Positions 27,137 through 38,855 of a stretch of DNA of 64,000 bases are shown piece by piece. The stretch comes from Rhizodiscina lignyota (lineage: Eukaryota). Both the position numbers and the translations under genes were made by a program. The notes beneath the pieces were generated by a model that worked only from the letters and a program-made list of their open reading frames with translations, did not search any database and was not told the DNA's origin. The stretch lies in NCBI GenBank assembly GCA_010015805.1, contig ML978123.1:2666001-2730000 (forward strand), in the 5' to 3' direction. The first letter of the stretch is position 1; each line of letters starts with the position of its first letter.

Positions 27137-28447
27137 ATGTCAGACTTCAGAATCTATACCTCCATCCTCTTCTCTCCAATCGAAAAGCAGTTCCTAAATG
27201 ACATCACGCTCTCTGTGTCTCCAAAGACTGGCCTGATCACGAAAGTCCATAAACGTAGCGCCGCTGAAACTAGCTCCTTAGATGGAGCGACTATCGCTTC
27301 GCCAGACATTGACCTGCGTTCCCCTGGGCCCAATGGCAAACCGCGGGTCATACTACCAGGACTCGTTGATGCGCATACACACATATTTCTGCATGCATAT
27401 TCGGACACACCATCTCTCAATCAAATGCGCGACGAATCTCCAACTGAACGTACTGTCCGCGCGGTGAACCACTGCCGCACAGCGCTACTTGCTGGGTATA
27501 CTACCTATCGCGACCTCGGAACAGAAGGAATGCTCGATCACGACATCCACATCCGCAACGCCATCAACCGTGGCATCATACCCGGTCCTCGACTCTTCGT
27601 GGCAACTGAATGCGTTGCCTCTTCGGGTGGTTATGCAGTACGTCTCGAGAATATCACAAACGGCGTCCCCCGTATCGCAGACGTCGGTGACGGAGTGGAT
27701 GGCGTAAGGGCTGCAGTGCGCCGTCGGGTTGGTGCCGGCGCAGACATTGTCAAGTTCTACGCAGACTATCGGAAACGACAGCTGAGGTATCCGCCTTCGA
27801 CATGGCCTGGTGAACCGGACATCCAGTTCCCACCAAAGAGTATAGACCGGAATCCGAACGTTCCACTCTTCAATCAAGAAGAGATGGACGCCATTGTGAG
27901 GGAGGCGAAGTTGAATAGCATTCCGGTTGCCGCTCATGCTCAAGCCGCCGAGGCAGTCATCATGGCAGCTAAGGCAGGTGTGACAAGTATTGAGCATGGC
28001 TTTGAGCCCAGTGGTGCCGCGCTGGCAGCTATGAAGGAGGCGGGATGCATTTTCGTCCCAACGCTGGCTGTGTTGGAGCTGTTTTTGCCGATGGAGGCAA
28101 TCCTCGCCCATACGCGGAAGGCGTGGGATATGGGGATTAAACTCGCGTGCGGAGGGGATACTGGTGCGTTCGACCATGGGCAGAATGCTAGGGAGATAGA
28201 ACTGTTCATCGAAGCAGGGATACCGTTAGAGGAAGTGCTCACTGCGTCAACACTGCACGGATGGGAGACTTGCGGAGGAGAGCTGTGCGGAAGGAAGTTT
28301 GGCTGCTTGGAAGAAGGATGGGCTGCCGATTTGGTTGCTTTAGAGGGAGATCCAAGGGAGGATACCGACAGCTTGAGAAGAGTAGAATTTGTAATGAAGG
28401 ACGGAAGGGTATGGAAGAAGGATGGGGTCGCCGTGGGAATTGCATAA
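27137..28447 (+). CDS. Metal-dependent amidohydrolase (Amidohydro_1; prolidase/imidazolonepropionase-like)
   Basis: LPGLVDAHTH metal motif, GYTTYRDLG, GADIVKFYA, VAAHA, SIEHG, GGDTG, G.LEEGWAADLVAL. Confidence 0.93.
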   Translation: MSDFRIYTSILFSPIEKQFLNDITLSVSPKTGLITKVHKRSAAETSSLDGATIASPDIDLRSPGPNGKPRVILPGLVDAHTHIFLHAYSDTPSLNQMRDESPTERTVRAVNHCRTALLAGYTTYRDLGTEGMLDHDIHIRNAINRGIIPGPRLFVATECVASSGGYAVRLENITNGVPRIADVGDGVDGVRAAVRRRVGAGADIVKFYADYRKRQLRYPPSTWPGEPDIQFPPKSIDRNPNVPLFNQEEMDAIVREAKLNSIPVAAHAQAAEAVIMAAKAGVTSIEHGFEPSGAALAAMKEAGCIFVPTLAVLELFLPMEAILAHTRKAWDMGIKLACGGDTGAFDHGQNAREIELFIEAGIPLEEVLTASTLHGWETCGGELCGRKFGCLEEGWAADLVALEGDPREDTDSLRRVEFVMKDGRVWKKDGVAVGIA

Positions 28448-29050
28448 TCTAAGAGGATCGGGACATAGAGCTGTGGACACGAATATAGCACTTGCACGGA
28501 GATTAAATGACGAACAAGTTGACAGTCATCGATGTTTGTTAGATATCGGACTGATATTTTCAGGCGCTTTTCTGACCATACATTCCAGAATGACATCTTA
28601 GAGCCATTTCTGTCTTCCTCCGTACGCCAATTCCAAAGGCAGCGTCGCCGCTCAGCTGGGCACTTCCGATATGCTATACATACCACTAAAGCGGGGATGC
28701 GCAACGGTTCTCGAATTTTGCTCCATTTGCCTCATGGTCCATATGTGCAGATGAATCCAATCGAACTGGAGCAAGCAGAGCGTCCAGACTCGAGTTCACT
28801 AATGCACTGCTTGGTAGCATCCCGGCTCTTCTACCCTCGTAAAATCAACTGATGTCCTCTCCCGGAGCGAAAGCTACAGCTATGCTGCAGATACGAGGAA
28901 CAATGAGACGACTCCGTGAACGAAGCGTACGCTGACAACTTCCAATGCATCGAGGAGAGTGACTTGATCCACTGGTCTCATCCGTGTCCATGGAGTGTAC
29001 TGCAGTGGGGAGTTGAGAGACAGACAAGTTACGTCCATCACGGTTCTTCG

Positions 29051-29610
29051 TCATCTGGATCCACCGGTACTTTCGACAACGCGATGGACGTCATCTTCAA
29101 TCCCTTCGATACCTGCGATCATCTGGCGAGCCAGAATATCGCGGAAGTTACCGAAGGCCTCGCTCTTTCCTTTGAGCTTTTGATTCAGTTCCATGACACG
29201 TTCCACGAATTGGCGAGTGTAGATGTCCGGATTACGGGCGTCTTGCACGTATTGAATGAGTTCAGGCGGCACTACAATTGGAAGAGACGGTGCTGTCCGT
29301 GAGAGAGCTGAGAGATTTTGAACCAAGTTTTTGCTTCAACGATGTCAGGACAATTACATTGCGACCGATTCCGAGAGTTGGTTGCGTTCACTCACATTTG
29401 CTCTCGCATGGCATTTTCCGTGGCCGCTCCTTTGTGGTCATGTGCCTGGACTATGAGATTGAATAGATTCTGCACGATACTCTTCATTTGATCTGAATAC
29501 GACGGGGATATTAGTAAGTCAGCTTCGCCCAGTAGTATGGAGGATGTACCATCGACACGCCTCAGAGTTTCTGGCGGACCGCCATCGAGTTGAGGCTGTT
29601 GTGGAGCCAT
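29051..29610 (-). CDS. MED10: Mediator subunit 10 (Nut2), 3 exons
   Basis: VPPELIQYVQDARNPDIYTRQFVE..NQKLKGK..AF..FRDIL is the Med10 signature. Two short introns. Confidence 0.93.
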
Positions 29611-29948
29611 GTTAACTGCGAACTAGCCTAGGACAAGGGACGATAGGAAGACGAATGAAAGGTTTGTACAGAAGGAAATAATGAAATAGTGCTGAACTAA
29701 TCAGTGAAATGAGCGAGTGTTCATGGCGGGCAATTACAGCAGGCAAGAGATGAGGTTGCGATAATTCAACGAAGAAGGCCCTTTTCTCGGCCCGAGCCGA
29801 AGGATGAGAGCGTTCGGCGCCCTTTTCCTTGGCATCAAACATGGCCAATGGTAGACGGCCGCGTTTGCTCTGCGTTGTTCCACCCACTACCCGACAGACA
29901 ACGGCCCAAATACATTCGACATTTAACCATGGGGAGCGCGAGCTTGCA

Positions 29949-32900
29949 ATGACACAGAATCCCTCGAAACCCTCGAGCAGTGTCGAAAGCCGTGTACGAT
30001 TTGCTCCTGGCTCTGGTGGAGGGGGAGAGTCAGGGTTACCTCCAGCAAAAGTGAAGCGAGGCGAACAAACCACCAACGACAAGGCGACCGCTGCATTCGT
30101 GAGGCGAACACTATGCGCGCATCAAATCCAGGGAGCAGGAGACAAGGGACGCAATACACCAAAGCCAATTGAGGAGCTTCTGCCGCCGCTCACCAGTTCG
30201 AACGAGATTGACTTGGAACTCTACGCTTTTATCGCGATCGTCATCAAGGACTACGTCTACACCTGGTATGCGAAATTCACGCCTGACCATGTCTTCACCG
30301 ATGAGGTGATTCAAATCATTGCGCATTGCACAAGAGCATTGGAACAAAGGCTACGCAAGGTGGATCTAGAGGCACTACTCCTCGACGAGATTCCCAGACT
30401 GGTCGACGATCACATAACTGGTAAGACAGATATGCGGCCCATTGACACAGAAATTGTCTCTGATAATTGCTATTGCAGCATACCGGACAGCTTCCGAAAC
30501 CTCTCAGCAGTACCCGCTCGCCACGAACCCGCGGAAAGTCTACCATACGCTCCAGCCACATCCCGCGCTCTCGCCGGTTCCGGATGTCTCAGAACCCGCT
30601 TCAGTCGAGAGGCAGCAGGAAAACGAGGCTACATGGCGCCAGCTGCTAGTTCAGGGCATGTTGGCCGTGCTGCTGCCGACGGAAGATTTGGAGAATAGCT
30701 GTCTCCGAGCGCTAGTGACCGAGATTTTCTCCGAGTTGATACTGGGCAATGGCATATGCGGCCGGACGTGCGAGAATTGGCTGCTCTGGGAGGCAGTTGG
30801 GAAGATCGTCGAGACGTTGGAAGCTCTGAGAGGGTCCCGAGGAAGGACCCGCTCCGTCGACCGGCAAAGCAAGGAAGGACCGAGCCGTCTGGAGCAGTTT
30901 GGGCTGTTATCGACAAAGGAGGAGCTCCTGAAACCTGTCAAGTCAAGCAGCAAAGGCGGGAATTCAACACTCTCCATCTCGGCAGCGTTCTGGATGGCCG
31001 TCCAATACGCATTTTTGGCGTTTACTGCGATGCGCGCAATGCTCGTCATGCTCGTGTCTGCGTCATCTCTGCCGTCGAGGAGCAGCACCAGCAACGCCCA
31101 CTCGTCAGATGCTGACGGGCCAGCATCGCCGCATCGGGAAGACGGTGCAGAATCCAATAACGACCGGGAAAGGCGGCCTATTGTTAGCATGGATATCTGG
31201 ACTTGCATCTCGCATCTGGTCGAGCTGGAGCAGCGCATGCCCTGGCTCTCTGGCTTTCTGGCTCTATTGCACTGGGGTGCAGTGCGTGGCATGGGCAAGG
31301 TGGGCGACACGGACGGGGCATTGGACAGGTGAGTGTCTCTGGTGCGGTGTTCTTTTTTCGAATATTTTCCATCTGCGCGCTCTCGTTGGCCGCCTCCCAT
31401 TGCCGCCCCTTGCTGCGTCGCAGAGCGGGCCATGCTAGCCCCGCATGAGCTTTCAGTCACTTGACTTGGCTGGCTGCCACTCCATACCACCATACCTCTG
31501 CCCGCGCCCAACCATCCCCGTCGATAGGCGCATCCTGAGGGCCTCTATACTCGTTTCTTATCGTCCTGCATCGTGGCTGCGAAACGCTCTCATCTCGGCC
31601 CACGACGTTGCAGTTTGTCATCTGCAATTACGCTACCTCGCCGTCGACCCCGCCGGCCCCTGTCGCAGCCTCATCCAACAGCACAATGCGCAAGCCATGC
31701 GGGCGCCGAACTCCATAACCTCCGCTAAAGGCGCAATTTCTTCGCCGTGTCTCACAGTCGCGCTCTGTCACTGGCTGGATCCCGAGGAACCAACCGTTTT
31801 TCTCGCTTCTTCCCTTCCTTCCTTCCTCCCTCCCTCCCTTCCGTGTCGTCGCGGCCCGCTTTTGCAAGACTGATGCTAAAATGGCGCCAACTTGATATTG
31901 CGCTGTTTTCGCGTCGTCGACCTGCCAAAGCCGTCGTCTACGCGCCGAAGTATGATCGGCATAAAAGCCTGCACTAGAACGTGCTGCGGTGCCGCCCGCT
32001 CGGGAACGAGGGCGGTCCCGTTAGGTCCCATACAATCTTCAACGACCTTTCGCATGTGTGGCCTGAGCTTCCTGGACTGCGTATTGCTTAGCATCGCAAG
32101 ACAGCGTGACACGGCTGGATCTCCACTGCGCCTCCGCAGGCATCTCGCCCGCCTTGCGCAGCTCCCTGTCTCTGGAGAGACCCTGGCAGTAAAACTCTAG
32201 AATTCGACATCGAAATTTTCAGTGGTCTTGTTCAAGGCCTTTGATGCGGAATTCCGGACGATGAAGCCGAAAGAGATCGTGCCCAACCTGCGTTGGGCAC
32301 AACCATGCAGCGCGCGCGGCCACTCTGGTGATCTGCACCACAGCGACGCTTCGAGGCGGCCCCTTCACAGGCATGTGCCGTTTGTTCTTGCTCCTTCGGA
32401 TCAATGGCTTGGCATGGAATTCGCATTTCCATGCTTCAACTCCTCATTCTCGGGTTCCACTGCGAAACTCAACTGCTGGAATTGTCAGGATCCAGACGAC
32501 CCCGGAGACTTTAGCTTTGCTAGCTGCCACCCCTCGTCCGCAAGGCTCCGTGTAGTCTGAGCAACCATCCACCATGGCACTAACTTGGACGCGAATTATG
32601 ACCTGCTGCCCATAATGCATTCGCATCTCTAAATCTAATCTCCCTCTATGCCTTCGCTCTCGTCTTCCCTGGCTTACGACCCCAGCATTATTCCTAGCCC
32701 TACCAATCTTACTCACTTCCGAATCTGATCGTTCCTGCATACTGCAAAACACTCGCTTACCACAGGCTCTCTCCAACCACTCTTTCCGTCTGCTCTACCT
32801 TAGCGACCTTCTCTGCTTCCTTTCTCGATTCCCAGCATCCCTACACATTGCCCGCTTCCCCGATTCGCGATGCAACTAGCATAACTAAGTTATCTTCCTG

Positions 32901-33308
32901 ACTCACTTCTCCTCCAGGATACTCGCCAACCAAGTCCACACGAAAATGCTCGATCCCGCGACCCTCCCCACGCTGCTGCGCATCGCGCGCACGTCCATCT
33001 TCCCCAATAACTCGCTAGCGCCACCACGTGCACTTCCAGACCCGGAGCAGGCGTTGCAGATTCGGAAACAGGCCGCAGAGGCCGTAGTCGGTGCGCTGCC
33101 TGATACAGTCGTAAAAGTGTATTTCGCGACCGCGGAGAAGGAGAATGCGGTATGTCAGGTCGAGGAGTGGCTTGACGTGGTAAGTGACGCGTATCTGAAC
33201 CGACATTTGGTGATCCGCATTGTCGAGCTGGTTATTGTGAGACTGGTGCCAGAAATGGCTGAGAGAGGAGTGAGCGAGCTCCTTGAGGAGAGGCTGGGGA
33301 GTCTTTGA
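29949..33308 (+). CDS. PXA-domain protein with Nexin_C-like C-terminus; introns 30421-30478 and 31329-32917
   Basis: LPPLTSSNEIDLELYAFIAIVIKDYVYTWYAKFTPD, HPAL, LLPTEDLEN. The last exon (LLRIARTSIFP..AYLNRHLV..IVELVIVRLVPEM) joins in frame as GALDR|ILANQ. An alternative in-frame ATG lies at 29841. Confidence 0.88.
31860..32560 (+). ncRNA. Candidate structured intronic RNA (unassigned; strand assumed from host gene)
   Basis: Dense hairpins: perfect 9-bp GTGCCCAAC/GTTGGGCAC (32279-32300), GGAA-tetraloop stem (31991-32016), GCATGGAA/TTCCATGC (32412-32434), long-range GATGCTAA/TTAGCATC (31872/32088). Confidence 0.4.
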
Positions 33309-34487
33309 AAAATCCCATCTGTTGTACATAGGTAGTTAAGATCACAAGCAAGCAGCTTAATAGATAGCTTCTCTGCAAAGAGTAATAGAAATGCCATATT
33401 CACATTCAGCCCATCGGCTCTCAACTCAACTAACCACCTGTCGTGGCTGCTCGGTTCTTGCAAAAGGCGCAAGGACAATCCAAAACTCTGCAGAAAGCCA
33501 ATCTCGCTACAAAAGAAAGAACGAAGAGGAACCCAATTTCCCAACCAACTCAAACGCCCGCTTGCCCACGCAACGTGCGCAGAGAGATCCAGTGTGAGAC
33601 CACACTCACACCCATGAGGGCTCGGATCGAAAGGAAGAGTGATATCAAAGGGGGCCCGCGCGAGCGGTGACAGCCAATCTTTTTTAGTTCGCACCTGTCC
33701 TGGCCATGTACCCCGATTTCCCAATGTCCCTGGAGTTCGAAGAAAGAGGTTCGCGCGCTTTCAGATATCGCACCAAATCGCCACTGAGGGAATACAGAGG
33801 AAGAACTAGAAGCAGTGAAAAGATAAGCAGAAGTACAAGACAGCTCAGAAGCAGAAGAAAGGAAAGGAAACAATGGAAATATTGACATGAATCCGGTCAG
33901 ACTTTAAGGATACGTCGTTTCATGCCCCCCGATGAGGCCAAGTTGTACGCCCTTATTGCCGCCCGTGGTCCCTCCCAGTGTCCGCCGTACCCTTCCCAGC
34001 CAACCTGAAAATGAGTGCAATGAAAACGCCTCGCTGGCTGTGGAAAGACCCAAAGTCCCTGTGTGACCAGATCCTAGTGTCCAATGGTGAGAGATAAGAG
34101 TGATGAGTGAATTCTGCTCCAAGAGGCAGCAGTCGTAGTAGTTTGCCCGTTCCAAACTCCGCGCTTCCGTTCGAGAGAGATGAGCTTCGGCCGTTACGGT
34201 TTGATACAAGGGGTATGAGGTGGTAGTCCTCTGCTCGCGCTGTGTCCGTTATTGCTTTATCCGCAAATATGCGTGTGACAAGCCCGGAGCTGCAGTAATG
34301 GCAGCTGTCGCAAGATATGAACAAGTGGTAAATGCCGAAAATGATGATGTCGATGGTGTCGTCGCTGCGTCCCCTAGAAATGAGTCGCGTCGTGATGAGA
34401 TGATAGACCGTTCGCTTTTGTACAAGGTGGTGTCCTGCATTCACAATCCAATGGACGGTGCTCCCCAGCTAATCCTATGAATTAGCT

Positions 34488-36339
34488 TTACATGCCGCTC
34501 TCCGGAATACTAGCTAGGCCTCCCGGCATGTCTCCTGTGTTCGACCGCGACAGAGAAGGGCGGACAAGGCCGAGGCCCTGGGGCTGCACACCGTGATCCA
34601 CCGAGCTGTGGCGAGAGTGTAGCTTCAGCTTCTCCATCAGCTTTCCCATAGTCATGTACTCCTGCGGCTCAACAATGCCACTTGGCTGTTGCGCGAAGAA
34701 GTTCATCACCAGCTCCAGGGCTCTTCTGGCATCCTCTTGAGTCGGAGATACTGGGGAAGACATGTTGCTAGAAGGTGTGATTGGCGAAGAGTGCGCTTGC
34801 GAAGTCAAGACATTGATAGGGAGAGATGAAGGCGCAATAGTCGATGGCAAAGGCGGAGTTGCCATAGCGCTGCTTCCAGGAGAAGTGAGAAGCGACGGTG
34901 CCACAGAGGTCGTTGTGGACGTGGGAGGCTCCATTCCATCAATGCTACCGATACCTCCAGGAATATCATTGAGAGGAGATTCCAGCGCTGCCGCCGAGAG
35001 ATACTTTGGCGTCAGACTGCCTGAAGAGGGCGGTGAAAAGGGCTCAATGCCAACCATGGGAAAGGTCTGGCTCCTGGGACGCTGGAATCCGCTACCGGAC
35101 CCATCGCGAGGCTGGATAGGAATAAACGGACTTGGGCCGGTAGCCGAATCAGGCGTGTAAAAAGGAGACGTTGGGCTTGTTGGGCCAGGAGAAAAGGAGC
35201 TTGACGTATGATCTCCGAAAACACTAGGCAGCGAAGGGTTGCTCGCGGAATGGAACGGACGGTGGCCATGCGTAAATTCAGCAAAAGCATCCTCAGCCTC
35301 CGACTTAATGCCTTCCTCCATCTTCGTCGCTGGCTCTGCTGGCGATGCAATACCACTGGGCGACGTCGGAGAAACACCGCTGGGCGTCTGCGCTCCTGAG
35401 GCGGGATTCGAAGTGCCCTCTGAGTCTCCTCCTAACGAGCTCTTGCGAGATTTTCCGCCCAGGATGTTGTTCTTCTGCTTGAATTTCTCCAGCCAGCTTG
35501 AGCTATTGGCCTTCTGGTGGCTCTCAGGGTTTCCCACGGATGTCGCGAAGAAGCGCGCCTTGTCCTTTATGGCCGCGTCCGTGATTGGTAGTCCTTGCTT
35601 GTGCTGGTTCCGGATCCAGTTCGTCAACGCCCGTTCAATGTCCGGAAACTTGCCCTTCTGCTTACGAGCCGGAGATCGACTGCCATCGTCCTGGTACAGA
35701 TACTTCTCTTTCTGGCGTAGGACCTTGGATACAGTGCTGGTCAAGCAAGTATGAGCAACAGAATAAACGGGCAGGAAATACCAAAGTCATACCTTCGTTC
35801 GACACCAAACATAGCTAGAGATAGTTAGTGTCAGTCGCAAAGCTAGGCAAAGACTCAGACATACCTCCAATCTCTGTCTGCTTCACGTTTGGGTGCTCCT
35901 CGGCATAAAGACACATCCGTCTCCTATCCAGGTCAGTCAACGTCTTTCGTGGCGTCGGCGTCTGCCTGGCGGATCCCGTCGAGGTCGCAGATACTGGTGT
36001 CGTGATGGGCGCCATCGGTACGGGAGCAGGCGGGTACATTGGAGGGACGTATGTAGACTGGCTTGTCAACATACTGGGCCACTGCGGCATGGTCATGGTT
36101 ACCAACGGCTGCAATTGCTGATGCGTCGTCCTGGGTGGCGGCATTCCTCCATGTCCATATGGCTCCATTGGCATTGGGGTGAAACTGAAGCCCGAGTGCT
36201 CGTATGCTGGAGACTGGTGCTGCGGAGTGTGGTACACATTGTGTTGATTTTCGTACCACTGGCCATTGCTGTCGTGATATCCACCGGCGCCGCCCTGATC
36301 TATATGATGCTGCTCATGCTCCATGCCCATCTGACTCAT
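34488..36339 (-). CDS. CENP-B-type helix-turn-helix DNA-binding protein (no DDE domain)
   Basis: RKTLTDLDRRRMCLYAEEHPNVKQTEIG|AMFGVER|STVSKVLR (22-nt micro-exon near 35800), then KGKFPDIERALTNW..ITDAAIKDKAR..SSWLEKFKQKNNI, then a Ser/Pro-rich tail. Confidence 0.9.
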
Positions 36340-38855
36340 GGCGGCCGTTTTTTGCGGCCCGCCGTCTTGAGCAGCGCACAGGAAAAGCTACTACCGTGGC
36401 CGCCAGGATCGATTCTCATGGACCAGAGGTGCAACACGCAGACATTAGGCAGCGAAAGCGTTCCTGAATAGAGTGGAAACCGCAACGGCAGCTTGCATAT
36501 GCGGGAGGTTAAAAGGTTCAATGGATATGGTTCCTAGCGAAAGCGGGCGCGGGAACCAGTGCGTTCGTGCTGCTCTTGGGGCTGATGCCGGCGAATTGGG
36601 TGCAGGTGTCCGCCAAAGAGTGGATGGCGGCTAGAATAAGGAGAGGTGCGTGCTCCGGTACGTTGCTGTCGAGCTGCAGCTGTCGACAATGCGGGAGCGA
36701 CACGTCGCAAACTGCGCGGGGGATGCGAATTGAGATGCAGTCTGGAGCAGAGGAGAGCTCAGGCTTTCTGGAGATGCGGGCAGATCGAGGATGATGAAGC
36801 CGGAGTCAGTGCCTCTGAGCAGTGCCCAGTGCGGTGCGGTACGCTGCGGAGCGGGTGTGCACGAGCGGGACGAGGTTCCTTAGGCTCCTTGGGCTGGTTC
36901 CCCTGTTTTGTTTCGAGGCCAGTGGCAGGCCACGGACAAGAGAGGGGCCCATGTCCGCTCGAATTCTCCCATGTCCTCAAGGCTCGAATGGCTCGAATGG
37001 GGGGCACGACGGGGGGTGGAGGTGCTGGCTAAGGAAGAGGCTTGCGCCAGCTGGTTACGGAGCTCGCGCACGGAGAGTCGGCGCCTTCGGGCTTGTTGAG
37101 GAGGGAGGCACCGTGAGGCTTCAGCAAGGCTTGACGTTCCTTGAACGAGCTCGAGAGCCTCCAGGATGGTGCCGGCAGCGATACGGCCCATGCTGGGGTG
37201 GCCATGGTGGGTGCTTTGGGCATCGTGCTCGAGAGCTGCCGTCCAGAACGCACCCGCTGCCCCAATGCCTCTGCGCTCTCTAGGAAGCTCAGGGCCGCGC
37301 GAAAGGTGGAGGCTAGCGAGTGCAGGATGCGGCATAGCATCGAATAGCAGCGGCAAATGGGAACAAAAGGCGACAAGTGGCCCTGCGCCGGCCGTCCATA
37401 ACGAGTTGGCGAGTCTTTGATCGCCTCACGGATCGCCCTTGCAGCAGACTGTCTCCTCGGCTTTCGCGCCCCAATGCTGCGCTGCAGCAGCGAAGTGGAT
37501 ACGGAGATCCGACTAGCCTCATGGCCTTAACGTGAAGAAGCTCAGATTGATTCAGACGCACGACGTCAGGAGCGTGCGAGCGGCGCGTGGATAATGGCCG
37601 GCTGGGGCGGCTGAATTGGGACGCCTTCATCGCCTTCCAGCGCTCTCCCGGGATACAAATTGGCAATCTGGACGTCGTGCATAAATTCAACGTTGCGGCA
37701 CTTGGCAATTGGATGGGATTTTTTTGCAATCCTGTCTCACGTTTCCTCAAACGTGGCGGCACAAACCTAATCGCGACCATGCCAGCTCCGCACCGCGGCC
37801 CTCAGTCCCTGACGCGTATTCCAGCCTTGCTGGATGGCCGAGGGCGGCCTGCTGAGGGCTGACAGGAAGAAGCAACGTGCGCCCTCGCCTTGCGGATAAG
37901 GACAAACCTTCCGAGACTAGAGACTCGTGCTCAGAGCCATCCGCAATTCCTCATCATGAGAACAATCGCCCGAATACTCGGGACGCACTTAGGGACGAGC
38001 ATCGAGTGCGACTCATGCAAGAGCTTCTTAACGACACCCCCAAAACTTGCCTAATTCGAAACATGTCAAATCGCATGGTGTGGTGGATGTAGCGCTGATC
38101 ATGGCTCGCAGGCCGATCAGACTCTGGATTGCTCCGTTTAGCGCTCGGGACATGGCTTGCAAGGCTTGCAAGCATGTGCTGGGGCGAAGACTGTCATCCT
38201 TGCCCTCCTGCAATTACCCCAATTTCTCCGACTTTGCATTTCGCTGATTGGCTGATGAGTAACTAAAAAGCCCTCCGAAGTCGTGCTATATGAAACTCCC
38301 ATCGGGTCAGAGCATGTCATCGAGAATCCGAGTGGTACAAAGCGTGGGAAGGATTCAGGTTTATTGTTGGATAAACTAGTGTATTTCGCAGCAATAATGT
38401 CATCAGAGGGGTCTCCAGCCAGTCTGCTTCCATAAGAGGCGTTCTGCCTCTTGGTTGGTGGGCGGTCCGATCACGCTCGGTACGGCGTATGCGGACCAAG
38501 AACCACCACGCAAGATGACTCGCTTGATCCTCCAGCCCAACACAACGCTTTCTTAGTAGACGCCAAGGTTAATGGTCTCGTACCTCTGCCATCAGAATCC
38601 TATCCCACCCTTGTCGAGGCGTACCATTGCGTGCAGATTCGCTACATCTGTAAGACATCGATGGTGGGACTCGCCACGAGAGATCTATATGGAGAATGTG
38701 GGGATCGGGGCTTTCATCAGCACCGTCATAGCTAGCGACGGCATTTCAGGCGGATATCGCGCTTTCCGCTTCTCGCAAAGCGAGTCCAACCGCTGGACCG
38801 GTTGTTCTGTTTTTGACCTGCTCGAAGGAGCAAGTGACATCCTCTTGCGGAGCCT

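Noticed and set aside
31329..32917. Telomerase RNA, SRP, RNase P/MRP or U1 as the identity of the intronic structure
   Set aside because: No TAACCCTAA-type template, SRP helix-8 motif, P4 consensus or ACTTACC 5' end was seen. The GTTTTTCTCGCT at about 31796 matching vertebrate TR is probably chance.
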